Assembly (NCBI GenBank): GCA_963812605.1
Contig: CAWEWF010000010.1
Location: 96,001-160,000, forward strand
DNA length: 64,000 bases
DNA from: an uncultured Verrucomicrobiae bacterium
GTDB taxonomy: Bacteria > Verrucomicrobiota > Verrucomicrobiia > Palsa-1439
Direction: 5' to 3'
Shown: positions 32,914 through 43,577 of the stretch, piece after piece
Layout: each line of letters opens with the position of its first letter
Position numbering within the stretch: position 1 is the first letter of the stretch
Made by a program: the position numbers and the translations under genes
The notes under the pieces: model-generated
The model's database searches: none
Told to the model about the DNA's origin: nothing
What the model saw: the letters and a program-made list of their open reading frames with translations, nothing else

Positions 32914-34981
32914 ATGAAACAACTCGTCCAGGACTTCAAATCGGGTGACATCAAACTCGTTGACGTGCCGCCGCCGGTGATTGCGCCCGGCTGCGTCCTG
33001 GTGCGCAATGCGTTTTCCCTTGTCAGCGCGGGCACGGAGAAGGCGACGGTGGCCGATGGCGCAGGCATCGTTCGTGGGCAAGGCGCGGCTGCGTCCCGAT
33101 CTCGCGAAGCAGGTGCTGGACACGCTCAAGCGCGAAGGGATCGGCGCGACGATGCGCAAGGTGCAGTCGCGCCTCGACCAGTGGAAACAACTCGGCTACT
33201 CCTCGGCGGGCACGGTTTTCGAAGTCGGCGAAGGCGTGACCGGTTTTGCGGTGGGCGACCGGGTGGCCTGCGCGGGACAGGATTACGCGAGCCACGCGGA
33301 AGTGGTGTTGATCCCCCAGAATCTATGCACCCGGCTTCCCGAAGGCGTCGCCCTGGAACAGGCGGCGTTTGCGACGCTGGGCGCGATCGCGCTGCAAGGG
33401 GTGCGCCAGGCGGACGCGCGCGTGGGCGAAGTGGTTGCGGTCATCGGGCTGGGATTGGTGGGTCAATTGACGGTGCAGATTCTCAAGGCGGCCGGCTGCG
33501 TGGTGCTGGGGATCGACGTGAGCGAGGCAGCGTGTGAACTGGCGAAGACTTGCGGTTGTGATGCCGTGGCCGTGCGCACGCGCGACGACGTGGAGCGCGT
33601 TGCCGCGAAATTGAGCCATGATTTTGGCGTGGACGCAGTCATTATCACCGCCTCGGCCCCGACAAATGATCCAGTCGAATTGGCGGGCAGGATTTGCCGC
33701 GAGCGCGGACGCGTGGTGATGGTGGGCGTGACCGGCATGGAAGTGCCGCGCGACATTTATTATCGCAAGGAACTGGATTTCCGGCTTTCCCGAAGTTACG
33801 GGCCTGGACGTTACGATCCGCTCTACGAAGAACAGGGGATCGATTATCCCATCGGTTATGTGCGCTGGACGGAAGGCCGCAACATGGAGGCCTTCGCGCA
33901 ACTGCTCGCGACCAAGCGCATCGACGTGGGGGCTTTGACCACGCATACATTTTCCGTCGACGACGGGCCGAAGGCGTACGAATTGATCACCGGTAAGACC
34001 GGCGAGCGGGTTGTCGGCGTGCTCATCCAATATCCGCCAACGGCAGAACGGGCGAGCGTCACTGTCGTCAAATCAACTGGCGCCACGCCAGCCAAAGCGG
34101 TGGTGCTCGGCGTCATTGGCGCGGGCAATTACGCGCAGGGTGTCCTGTTGCCGCAGTTCAAGGCGAACGCGGACGTGACATTACGCACCGTCTGTACGGC
34201 GACCGGGGTGAAGGCGCAGAAGGCCAAGGAGAAATTTGGTTTCGAAACGTGTGTTACCGACTGGCGCGCGGTGATTGCCGATGGGGCGATCAATACGGTG
34301 CTCATGGCGACGCGCCACGACCTGCACGCGTCGATTGTTTGCGAGGCGTTGAAGGCCGGCAAAGCAGTGTTCGTCGAGAAGCCGCTGTGCCTGCACGCCG
34401 AGCAGTTGGATGAGATCGTGACAGTAATCAACCAGGCGGGCAACGCCCGCTTGCTGGTCGGTTTCAATCGTCGTTTTGCGCCGTTCGCCACGGAAGCGCG
34501 AAAGCTAAGCGGCCCATTGGTGATGCGCTACCGCGTCAGCGTGACACCGCTGCCGCGCGAGCATTGGATCAACAATCCCGATATCGGTGGCGGGCGAATC
34601 CTCGGCGAGGTGTGTCACTTCGTGGATTTCCTGCAATTCGCCGCACAATCGCGGCCCGTGACTGTCTACGCCCAGGGGTTCGGCGTCGACAACGTGCAGG
34701 TGTCGTTGCGGTTCGCCGATGGGTCGGTCGGCGCGGTGGATTATTTTTCCGTGGCCGATGCAGCGCTGGAGAAGGAACACTTCGAGGCGTTCGGCGGCGG
34801 ACGGCATTTGGTAGTGACTGATTTTCGTGACAAAGGGCAGGCGGCGGAAGTCCGCGAGTTCATTGCGGCGGTGAAAACCGGCAGCCCGATGCCGATGGGG
34901 CTGGAAGAGATCATCGACAGCACGCGGGCGACCCTGGCCGTGCTGCAAGCGTTGCGCACAAGCCAGACGGTGACGCTCTAG
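32914..34981 (+). CDS. Bi-domain oxidoreductase (zinc-binding dehydrogenase + Gfo/Idh/MocA; frameshift near 33055)
   Basis: SLVSAGTE, LGYSSAG, GLGLVG, SRSYGPGRYD, RWTEGRN; second domain GVIGAGNYA, VFVEKPL, VGFNRRFAP, GEVCHFVD. Confidence 0.92.
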
Positions 34982-35036
34982 ATGTGAGTATTTTTGGCCC
35001 TTGTAGGGCACGAGCTAAAACGATACAATAAAAAAC

Positions 35037-36157
35037 TTGTCTTCGAATGAAACCGTGTTGAAGAAACTGTCATTGTCATTGGTGGTCTTGCTGATCGGCC
35101 TGATGGGGGCCGAATGGGTGGCGCGACTTTTGTATCGAAGCAGCACGCCGATATTTCCCCGGTTTTCCGACAGTGACGCGCATTTTACGGGGAGTTCACC
35201 ATTCGCCGGATACGCCCGAATACGCGCTTCTGGCACACCAGCCTTGATGGCCGCTGGGAATTTCGCATCAACGCGCAGGGCTTTCGGGCTGACAAGAATT
35301 ACGAATATGAAAAGCCGCCGGGTTGCCAGCGCGTAATTTGCCTGGGGGATTCGTACACAGAAGGTTTTGAATGCCGGCAGGAGCGGACTTTTTCCGCCAT
35401 CGTCGAGCGCTATTTCGCGGCGCGGGGAAAGTGCGTCGAGGTCATCAACACCGGGGTGTCGGGTTTCGGGACGGCGGAGGAGTTGGTCCTGCTCGAGAAC
35501 GAAGGGATAAAGTTCCATCCGGATTTTGTGGTACTGGCATATTTCGAGAATGACCCCGAGGACAATATCCGGGCCAATCTTTTTGGCCTCAAGAACGGAG
35601 AGTTGGTCACCAACTCAACCACGTACATTCCCGGGGTGAAGATCCTGAACCGGATCGATAGTTTCGCCATACTCCGCTGGCTGAGCCAGAACTCGTACCT
35701 GTACTCCGTCGGCGTCAACGGTGTCTGGGAATACGAGAAGCGCCAATTGGGGGCCCACAATGCCTCGCAGTTGACCTCGGAAATGGCGGTCCGCACCACC
35801 AACAGCACGGCTTATGTCGAACAATATCAAAAGGACCTGACCGGGGCCCTCGTGAAACGGATGTACGCGTTTTGCAAGGCGCACGACGTGAAGTTGATCA
35901 CCGTGGAGATACCCGGAATGGGAGATCCCAATCCCACGGATTTCAAACCATCCATTACTCCGGATTTACGCGATACATTTCGTGAGAATTGCGACGCATT
36001 CATTGAAACCGAAGCAACCCTGGCGGACTATCGCGGCCTGATCTACGCGCACGTGCCGCATGGTCATCACCACATGACAGAAGAAGGCCATTTGCTTTAT
36101 GGCATCCAGATCGCCAAGGCGATGGAACGTTTATCAGAAAAGAAACCAGGATCATGA
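35037..36157 (+). CDS. Membrane-anchored SGNH/GDSL-fold protein (frameshift near 35170)
   Basis: N-terminal TM helix; INAQGFR, LGDSYTEG, EVINTGVSGFGT, FEND, HHMTEEGH. Confidence 0.85.
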
Positions 36158-36609
36158 GCACCTTGCCGCCTCGTCGACCGCCCGAACTGGCCTGGAAATG
36201 GCCGATTAACGGCCAGAGAAAAGAGACCACTGCCCCGGGCCTGGGGCATGTTGTCCTTCAAGCACTCATACCGGCGGCCATGGCGGGTTTGTTCTTTCTC
36301 CGGCACCATCGTGTTATGGGATGGATTGTCCTGGCGGTGAGCGGCTGGATGCTGGTCAGCGGCTTGTTGCTGCCGCGGGCATTTTTGGCGGTAGAACGGG
36401 TCTTGAAGGCGTTTGGTCGAATCGTCGCCCTCGGGCTGACGTGGGTGCTGTTGGTTGTTTTTTTCTTCCTGTTTTTTCTGCCGCTCGGCCTGTTCTTGCG
36501 CCGGCAAATGCGGGCGCTGCTCGCCCTCGAATTCGACAAGAACCAAACCAGTTACTGGCAGGACCGCGTGCCCGTCAGCAGCGCGGAACATTTTTCGAGG
36601 CAGTACTAG
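36154..36609 (+). CDS. SxtJ-family membrane protein
   Basis: Hydrophobic; VLLVVFFFLFFLPLGLFLR...DKNQTSYW...HFSRQY* matches the SxtJ C-terminal pattern; abuts the carbamoyltransferase. Confidence 0.8.
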   Translation: MSTLPPRRPPELAWKWPINGQRKETTAPGLGHVVLQALIPAAMAGLFFLRHHRVMGWIVLAVSGWMLVSGLLLPRAFLAVERVLKAFGRIVALGLTWVLLVVFFFLFFLPLGLFLRRQMRALLALEFDKNQTSYWQDRVPVSSAEHFSRQY

Positions 36610-38455
36610 ATGAATATTCTCGGCATCAGTGCTTTTTACCATGATTCCGCCGCGGCGTTGGTGCGGGACGGCCGGATCATTGCCGCCGCGCAAGAGGAGC
36701 GGTTCACGCGCAAGAAACAGGATGCGGGCTTTCCATTCCATGCGGTCCGTTACTGCCTCGGGGAAGGCAAGGTCGGGCCCAAGGAACTCGATGTCGTGGC
36801 CTTTTACGACAAGCCGTTTAGCAAGTTCGGTCGCATCCTGCAAACCTACCTGGGCATCGCGCCCGATGGACTGGAATCGTTTCTCATGGCGATCCCGCTG
36901 TGGATGAGGGAGAAGCTCTGGACCTCGCTGCAAATCGAGCGATCGCTGCGCCAATGCGGCATGGACATGCCCAGGAATTTCTATTTCCCCGAGCATCATG
37001 AGTCACACGCCGCCAGCGCGTTCTACCCGTCACCTTTTGCGAGCGCGGCCATCCTGACGCTCGATGGGGTCGGCGAGTGGGCCACCAGCGTCCTCGGCCG
37101 CGGGGTTGACAACCGCCTCGAGTTGCTGAAGGAAATGCGTTTCCCGCACTCGCTCGGATTGCTGTACTCCGCTTTCACCTACTTCACCGGTTTCAAGGTC
37201 AATTCGGGGGAATACAAACTGATGGGTCTGGCGCCATACGGCGAACCGAAGTACGCCAAAGCTTATTTACGATCACCTGCTTGACCTGCGCCCGGACGGT
37301 TCCTTTCGCCTGAACATGGACTACTTCGGATACGTGAATCGACTGACCATGACGAATGACCGGTTTGCGGAACTCTTCGGCGGTCCCGCGCGGTCACCGG
37401 AATCCGACATCACCCAGCGGGAGATGGACATGGCGGCGTCGATCCAGAAAGTGACGGAGGAAATTGTGCTGCGCATGGCCCGGGAAACCCATCGGTTGAC
37501 GGGCGAGAAGAATCTTTGCCTGGCCGGCGGCGTGGCCCTGAACTGCGTTGCCAATGGCCGGCTCCTGCGCGAAGGGCCGTTCGAAAAACTGTGGATCCAA
37601 CCGGCGGCCGGCGATGCGGGCGGTTCGGTGGGGGCGGCCCTGCTGGTCTGGTATTGGATCCAGAAAAACCCGCGTAAGGTCGATGAAGTGCACGACCAGA
37701 TGAGCGGGGCGTTTCTCGGGCCCGAGTTTAGCGACGATGAGATCGAGGCGTTCCTCAAGGCGCACGGGTATCCCTACCGCAAACTGCCGCCGGAGACCTG
37801 GGGCGACGAGATCGCCGACGTGCTGGCGTCAGAACACGTCGTCGGTATCCTGCAAGGTCGCATGGAATTCGGCCCGCGCGCGCTGGGCGGACGGTCGATC
37901 ATTGGGGATGCGCGGTCGCCCAAGATGCAGTCCATTATGAATCTCAAGATCAAATATCGCGAGTCGTTCCGTCCCTTCGCGCCCGTCTGCCTGCGGGAAC
38001 GCATGGGCGATTACTTCGAGCTGCAACAGGAGTCCCCGTATATGCTGCTGGTCGCGGATGTGCGGCCCGAATTGCGTTGCCCGTTGTCGGACGAGGAACA
38101 GCGGATCATGAAAGACCCCGACTTGCGCAAGCGCGTCAACATCGTGCGCTCCACCATTCCCTCGGTGACCCACGTGGACATGTCGGCGCGGGTGCAGACG
38201 GTGGACGCGGAGCGCAACCCGCGTTTCCACGAACTGCTGAAGGCGTTCGAGCGGAAAACCGGTTACGGAATCCTGATCAATACATCCTTCAACGTGCGCG
38301 GCGAGCCGATCGTCTGCACTCCCGAAGACGCCTACCGTTGTTTCATGCGGACGGAAATGGATTACCTGGTGCTGGGTTCATGCCTGCTGGACAAGAAGCA
38401 GCAGCCGAAGCTGGCCGACGAGCAGGATTGGCGCAAAGATTTCGTGCTCGATTAG
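36610..38455 (+). CDS. O-carbamoyltransferase (NodU/CmcH/SxtI family; frameshift near 37270)
   Basis: ILGISAFYHDSAAAL, QEERFTRKK, EHHESHAASAF, SGEYKLMGLAPYG, AGGVALNC, EFGPRALG, RESFRPFAP, NTSFNVRGEPIV. Confidence 0.95.
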
Positions 38456-38467
38456 ACCCGGGACACG

Positions 38468-39208
38468 TCACTTGGTGACGTAATACGTGTTGGTGATCAG
38501 CTCCGTCATTTGGAACTCTTCGATCTTGAGCACTTTCGTCCCCGCCGATTCCAGCAGGCTGACGACCTCTGCTTTCGGCACGAAGTTCATTTTTATGGGC
38601 ACAAGCCCTTTGGTATAGAGATACTCCGCGCTGAACCCGAGGCCGTGGAGCAGCGCATAGAGTCTCCGCCGCAATTGGAGGCGGTGGCGCAAGGTAATCT
38701 GCGCCGGAACCTGAAACGCCAGCAGACCATCGGGCCGCAAAACCCGGCAGAACTCCGCGATGTAAGATTTGATCATCGTTTGGGTTGGCAGATGTTGCAG
38801 GACGATGGTGGTAAAAACGAAATCGAACTGATTATCGGGAAACATGCGCAAATGATCGGCGTAATTGACCGAAAACTGGCAATTCGGAAACGCCTGGTTC
38901 AACTCCTTCGCCTTGGCAATCATGCTTTCCGAAATATCGACGCCGTGGCATTGCTTGAAGTATTTCGACATCGCCCTCGTCAACCGTCCCACGCCGCACC
39001 CAAAGTCCAGAGCGGTCTCCCATCGCTTGGGATATCCGAGTCCCTTGGCCGTGGCCATCACGGCGGCGATATCCTTTTCACCCGTGGCAAAAAATTCGTC
39101 CACGTCCCATTTGCCAAACTTGCCCTTGGGATCGGTGAGAACAACCCAGAGCGGATCCAATTCCCCGAGTTTGTCCCACGATTGTTTGTGTCGGTCTAAA
39201 ATAGACAT
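38468..39208 (-). CDS. Class I SAM-dependent methyltransferase
   Basis: DPLWVVL, ALDFGCGVGRL, GVDISESM, FDFVFTTIVLQH. Confidence 0.9.
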   Translation of the reverse strand: MSILDRHKQSWDKLGELDPLWVVLTDPKGKFGKWDVDEFFATGEKDIAAVMATAKGLGYPKRWETALDFGCGVGRLTRAMSKYFKQCHGVDISESMIAKAKELNQAFPNCQFSVNYADHLRMFPDNQFDFVFTTIVLQHLPTQTMIKSYIAEFCRVLRPDGLLAFQVPAQITLRHRLQLRRRLYALLHGLGFSAEYLYTKGLVPIKMNFVPKAEVVSLLESAGTKVLKIEEFQMTELITNTYYVTK

Positions 39209-39343
39209 GTAAGTTCTCCGCCGTTGGCAGGCCGAGAGGGTATCATATCTGAAAGTGCCACCAAGCCTTTTTTGCGGCTCCAAATGATGGGAGCGAGGAT
39301 TTCGTACTTGATTAGAGCGTTCGGAGTGTAGAACACTAGCGCC

Positions 39344-39508
39344 ATGCAATTCTTGAGACACCTGCTGTTGCTGTTCAAGAACTTGTTTGGGTTTGCCCGC
39401 CAGAACAAGGCCTGGTGGATCGTGCCGATTGTTGTGGTTCTGCTCGCACTGGCTGCGGTCATGATTGTCGGTCACGCCATTGCCCCGTTCATTTATACAC
39501 TGTTCTAA
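39344..39508 (+). CDS. DUF5989/SxtK-like 54-aa membrane peptide (absent from the ORF track)
   Basis: MQFLRHLLLLFKNLFGFARQNKAWWIVPIVVVLLALAAVMIVGHAIAPFIYTLF*; KxWWxxP, one TM helix, APFIYTLF end. Confidence 0.88.
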   Translation: MQFLRHLLLLFKNLFGFARQNKAWWIVPIVVVLLALAAVMIVGHAIAPFIYTLF

Positions 39509-39566
39509 CAGTTTCGCATCCAGCACGAGCGTCGTGGCAGCCATTTCCAAATCGGGCATCAACACC

Positions 39567-40568
39567 ATGCGCCTGCGCGAGATTTGGCAGCGCTTGCATG
39601 ATTTTTGCGCTGCCCAGGACTGGCGCGGTTATGATCCGTACGACGGGTTGAATTCCCCGGTGGCGGCGATTTTGCCCGGAAAACGCGCGCGCCAGGCCTG
39701 GACGCAACTCCACAAGCGCAGCGTCATCAACCTTCGGCCTCTGTGCGGGATCCGTCCCCAATTGAATTCGATGGCAGTGGCTTTGTTTGCCATGGGCAGC
39801 GGCGACGAGCAACTACTTGATGTGCTCGACTCCCTGCGGACTGCGGAAGGGGGTTGGGGATATCCGTTTGGCTGGCAATCGCGCGCCTTTTACGCGCCAC
39901 CGAACACGGCCAATCTTATCTGCACGGCGCTGGCGGTGAAAGCCCATCGGCGGTTTGGTCGGAAGTGCGATACTGGTTTTGTGGAGGGACTCGTCACCGA
40001 ACGTGGCGGTGAAAAATGGCTTCGGTACATACCGCAGTCGGACACACAGGTGCACAATATCAATCTGATGGGCGCGGCACTGCTGGGGCGGAGGGATTGC
40101 GTGGAATTCTCGGTGAAGCGACAGCGGGCGGACGGTTCGTGGTGGTACGGCGAGGCCGAGAACCAGCGGTGGATCGACAATTTCCATACGGGCTACAATC
40201 TTGTTGCCCTGCGCGAATACGAGCAAGCGACCGGCGACACCAGCTTTGCGGATGCAGCCCAACGGGGATTTGCTTACTGGGACGAGGTCTTCTGGCAGGC
40301 AGACGGCTTGCCGCGCTACTATCATAATCGGACGCACCCCATCGATATTCACTGCTGTTCGCAGGGAATCTTGACCTACCTGGCGTTTGGCGACGTGGGA
40401 AAAGCCGACGGGGTGGCACGCTGGGCGCTGAAAAACATGTGGGATGAACGCGGCTTTTTCTGGTATCAACACGGTCGGCTGGCGGTCAACCGCATCCAGT
40501 ACCTGCGCTGGTCGCAGTCGTGGATGTATTACGCGTTGAGCGAATTGTTAAAAGTAAAAGGCGAATGA
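39567..40568 (+). CDS. Alpha/alpha-toroid protein of capsule loci (function unknown)
   Basis: GYDPYDGLNS, WGYPFGWQSR, QRADGSWWYG, WIDNFHTGYNL, PIDIH, YLRWSQSWM. Confidence 0.75.
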   Translation: MRLREIWQRLHDFCAAQDWRGYDPYDGLNSPVAAILPGKRARQAWTQLHKRSVINLRPLCGIRPQLNSMAVALFAMGSGDEQLLDVLDSLRTAEGGWGYPFGWQSRAFYAPPNTANLICTALAVKAHRRFGRKCDTGFVEGLVTERGGEKWLRYIPQSDTQVHNINLMGAALLGRRDCVEFSVKRQRADGSWWYGEAENQRWIDNFHTGYNLVALREYEQATGDTSFADAAQRGFAYWDEVFWQADGLPRYYHNRTHPIDIHCCSQGILTYLAFGDVGKADGVARWALKNMWDERGFFWYQHGRLAVNRIQYLRWSQSWMYYALSELLKVKGE

Positions 40569-41671
40569 AGCTGAAAATTGTTAATGTCGTCGGGGCCCGA
40601 CCGAATTTCATGAAGATGGCGCCGTTGATGATGGAATATCGGCGGCACCCGGACAAGTTTGACCCAAAACTTGTGCACACCGGTCAGCACTACGACGACA
40701 ACATGTCGACGCTTTTCTTCGAGCAACTGCATCTGCCCAAACCCGACGTCTATCTCGGGATCGGTTCCGGCTCGCACAGCGAACAGACGGCGAAGGTGAT
40801 GGTGGAGATGGAAAAGTTGCTGTCCGCCGAACCGCCCGATCTGCTGGTTGTGGTTGGGGACGTCAACTCGACCATGGCGGCGACGATCGTGGCTGCCAAG
40901 CTCTGCATCCCCGTGGCGCATGTCGAGGCGGGCCTGCGAAGCTTCGATCGAACGATGCCCGAGGAAATCAACCGTCTCGTGACGGATGCCTTGAGCGACT
41001 ACTGCTTCATCACGAGCCAGGATGCAGACGAGAATCTTCGCCGTGAAGGTGTGGCGCCAGAAAAGATATTCTTTGTCGGTAACGTGATGATTGACACACT
41101 GTTACAACTCAAAGACGCAAGTCTGAAGTCCGACATTCCGCGAAGGCTTGGCTTGGGTGGACCGTACGGGTTCGTTACGCTCCATCGCCCCAGCAACGTC
41201 GATGACAAAGAGGTATTCGCGGAGATTCTTGCGGCGCTGGACACCATACAAGAGGATTTACTGCTGGTGTTTCCCGTTCACCCACGCACCGTCAATCGGC
41301 TGAAGCAGTTTGGATTCTGGGGTAAGCTCCAAGGCAGGAAAAACCTGAAGTTGATCGATCCAGTTGGGTATCTGGATTCCCTGTGTCTGATGGCCAATGC
41401 AAAGCTGGTTCTGACTGATTCGGGTGGTGTGCAGGAGGAAACCACGGTCCTGGGAGTGCCCTGCCTGACGATTCGCAATAACACCGAGCGGCCCGTCACG
41501 ATCACGGAGGGTACGAACACATTAGTGGGTACCAGCCAATCAAAGATAGTCTTGGAAGCCAGAAAAATACTGGCTGGCAACGGCAAACGTGGGCGGGCCC
41601 CCAAATACTGGGATGGCAAGGCGGCGGGGCGAATCGTCGAATGCCTGATCGAGCACCCACCAAAGCGATGA
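40565..41671 (+). CDS. wecB: UDP-N-acetylglucosamine 2-epimerase (non-hydrolysing)
   Basis: VGARPNFMK, HTGQHYD, GDVNST, HVEAGLRS, MPEEINR, TLHRPSNVD, TDSGGVQEE. Confidence 0.95.
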   Translation: MKLKIVNVVGARPNFMKMAPLMMEYRRHPDKFDPKLVHTGQHYDDNMSTLFFEQLHLPKPDVYLGIGSGSHSEQTAKVMVEMEKLLSAEPPDLLVVVGDVNSTMAATIVAAKLCIPVAHVEAGLRSFDRTMPEEINRLVTDALSDYCFITSQDADENLRREGVAPEKIFFVGNVMIDTLLQLKDASLKSDIPRRLGLGGPYGFVTLHRPSNVDDKEVFAEILAALDTIQEDLLLVFPVHPRTVNRLKQFGFWGKLQGRKNLKLIDPVGYLDSLCLMANAKLVLTDSGGVQEETTVLGVPCLTIRNNTERPVTITEGTNTLVGTSQSKIVLEARKILAGNGKRGRAPKYWDGKAAGRIVECLIEHPPKR

Positions 41672-42426
41672 ACCCGCCGACGGAAAACAAGGCGATGCTA
41701 TTTGGTGTGCCGATTGACAATTTGACCTTGGAGGAAACGGTGAGCCGGGTGGAATCCATGATTCGCGAAGGTGGGACCCACCAGCATGTGGTCGTCAATG
41801 TGGACAAAATTGTAAAGCTTCAGCATGATCCGGAATTGCGTAACGCGGTTTTAAGCTGCGACCTGATTAATGCTGATGGGCAGCCGATAGTCTGGGCGTC
41901 AAAACTACTGCAACACCCTATTAAAGAGAGGGTTACAGGCGTGGATTTGTTCGATAGCCTGGTGGCACGGTGCGCAGAGAAGGGGTATCGGCCGTATCTG
42001 CTTGGGGCTCGTCAAGAGGTTGTGGAAAAGGTAGTTGAAGTCCTGAAGCAACGCCATCCCGCCTTGCAAATTGCCGGATACCGGAATGGGTATTGGCAAC
42101 CAGCCGAAGAAGCGCAACTGGTGGAGCAGATCAAACGAACACAGCCGCAAATACTGTTTGTCGCGATGGGTTCGCCGAAGAAAGAGATTTTTTTGAACAA
42201 ATGGAAAGCTGAATTACAGACTCCCTTTGTGATGGGTGTGGGCGGGACCTTTGATGTCGTTGCCGGATTGGTAAAGCGCGCGCCGCTGTGGATGCAAAAA
42301 TGCGGCTTGGAATGGTTTTTCCGACTTATCCAGGAGCCGCGACGGATGTGGCGGCGGTATTTGGTCGATGACATGGCCTTTTTCGGCTTGGTATTGCGGG
42401 AATGGCGCGCCCAACGGCGGTTGTAG
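41668..42426 (+). CDS. WecG/TagA/CpsF family glycosyltransferase (GT26)
   Basis: NVDK, ADGQPIVWAS, ERVTGVDL, VAMGSPKKE, GVGGTFDV, GLEWFFRLIQEPRRMWRRY. Confidence 0.93.
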   Translation: MNPPTENKAMLFGVPIDNLTLEETVSRVESMIREGGTHQHVVVNVDKIVKLQHDPELRNAVLSCDLINADGQPIVWASKLLQHPIKERVTGVDLFDSLVARCAEKGYRPYLLGARQEVVEKVVEVLKQRHPALQIAGYRNGYWQPAEEAQLVEQIKRTQPQILFVAMGSPKKEIFLNKWKAELQTPFVMGVGGTFDVVAGLVKRAPLWMQKCGLEWFFRLIQEPRRMWRRYLVDDMAFFGLVLREWRAQRRL

Positions 42427-42501
42427 TGTTTGTTCGTTGTTTCCCGCTTGCCTTTTTGCTTCGTTTCACAAGAATAGCGCGACTGGAGTTGACGGAGAAC
42501 C

Positions 42502-43219
42502 ATGGCACAAGACACCCATAGCGATTTGCGCATAACCGACCAATTCGATCTTGAGGCTTTTTGGGCGGACTACGGGAAGAAGATCACCATTGGCGCCGTG
42601 GCGGTCATTGTCATCGTCGGGTTTTTAGTCTATCGGCAATACGAATCAAGCTCGCAGGCGGAACAAGCCGCATTCATGTTGGCAAATGCCCGGGACATCG
42701 GGAGCTCTGGAACAGATAGTCCGGGATTACCCAAATTCCTCGACTGCGGCAGAGGCGTTGTCGCGGCTTGCGGACGCCTATTATCGATCTGGCAAATATC
42801 CCGAAGCAGCAAGCACTTATGAAAGAATTGCGAGAGAGTTTCCGTCGCATGTGTTGGCGGAATCCTCGAAACTTGGGGTGGCAACTGTTCTGGAAACCCA
42901 GGGGAATATCGAGGGTGCCAAAACACAGTACACGCAGATAATCAATTCCAACCCAAACGGTTACGTAGCAAACGCGGCGAAAATGGGGTTGGCCCGATGC
43001 TTACAGCTCGGCGGTCAGAACAAGGAAGCACGGCAACTATATGAGGAACTCATCGCTCAAGGACAAAACTCTCCGTGGTTCACGCAGGCGTATTTGCAGT
43101 ACGTCGTTTTGACCCGTGATATTCCGCCCGAGAAGCCGAGTGACTCGGTGCCACAATCGACCACGCCCCCAGCGAAAAACGGCCTGCAACTGCCATCGCT
43201 GACGACGGTACCGCAGTAG
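42502..43219 (+). CDS. YfgM-like membrane-anchored TPR protein (frameshift near 42700)
   Basis: Single N-terminal TM helix followed by TPR-like helices (YPNSSTAAEALSRLADAYYRSGKYPEA). Confidence 0.8.
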
Positions 43220-43375
43220 GCTGTTTCATGGGCAAAATTTCAGGTCTTGACACACGGAAGGCATTCCTATATTCAGTCGCCAGTCACGGGAAGGCAGGAG
43301 TCCGACGATTAACGGGTAGTTTTCCGTGGTGAAAGCGGCTGATTGTCGTTTGGTCTGGGGCGCAGATTTTGTGAC

Positions 43376-43403
43376 TTGACACATTTTGGGTCGCGCCTAT
43401 ACT
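43376..43403 (+). promoter_or_regulatory. Near-consensus sigma70 promoter upstream of the outer-membrane barrel gene
   Basis: TTGACA-16 bp-TATACT; a second TTGACA-15 bp-TATATT at 43247-43273. Confidence 0.6.
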
Positions 43404-43577
43404 ACGGCGCGTAAGTGGAGGATAGGGGATAAGGAGTACGGCCTGCTTCAAGACGGATATTCGCATCGATGTGATGGGAAGATTTGTCCTCAGAGCAGAC
43501 GGGGTCCCCAAAAAATGAGAATGGCAGTCTTGTGCTTTGCGCACAGTGAACGTAAACAAAACGAAGGAGGACACAGA

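Noticed and set aside
36154-39508. Saxitoxin biosynthesis cluster
   Set aside because: Only sxtI/J/K-like genes are present, with no sxtA PKS-like or sxtG amidinotransferase genes; the context is surface polysaccharide.
38468-39568. 366-aa version of the methyltransferase from the ORF track
   Set aside because: The N-terminal extension is antisense to the DUF5989 gene; the plausible start is 39208.
39567-40568. Delta-aminolevulinate dehydratase (a label often attached to this family)
   Set aside because: No HemB motifs; the repeats indicate an alpha/alpha-toroid fold.
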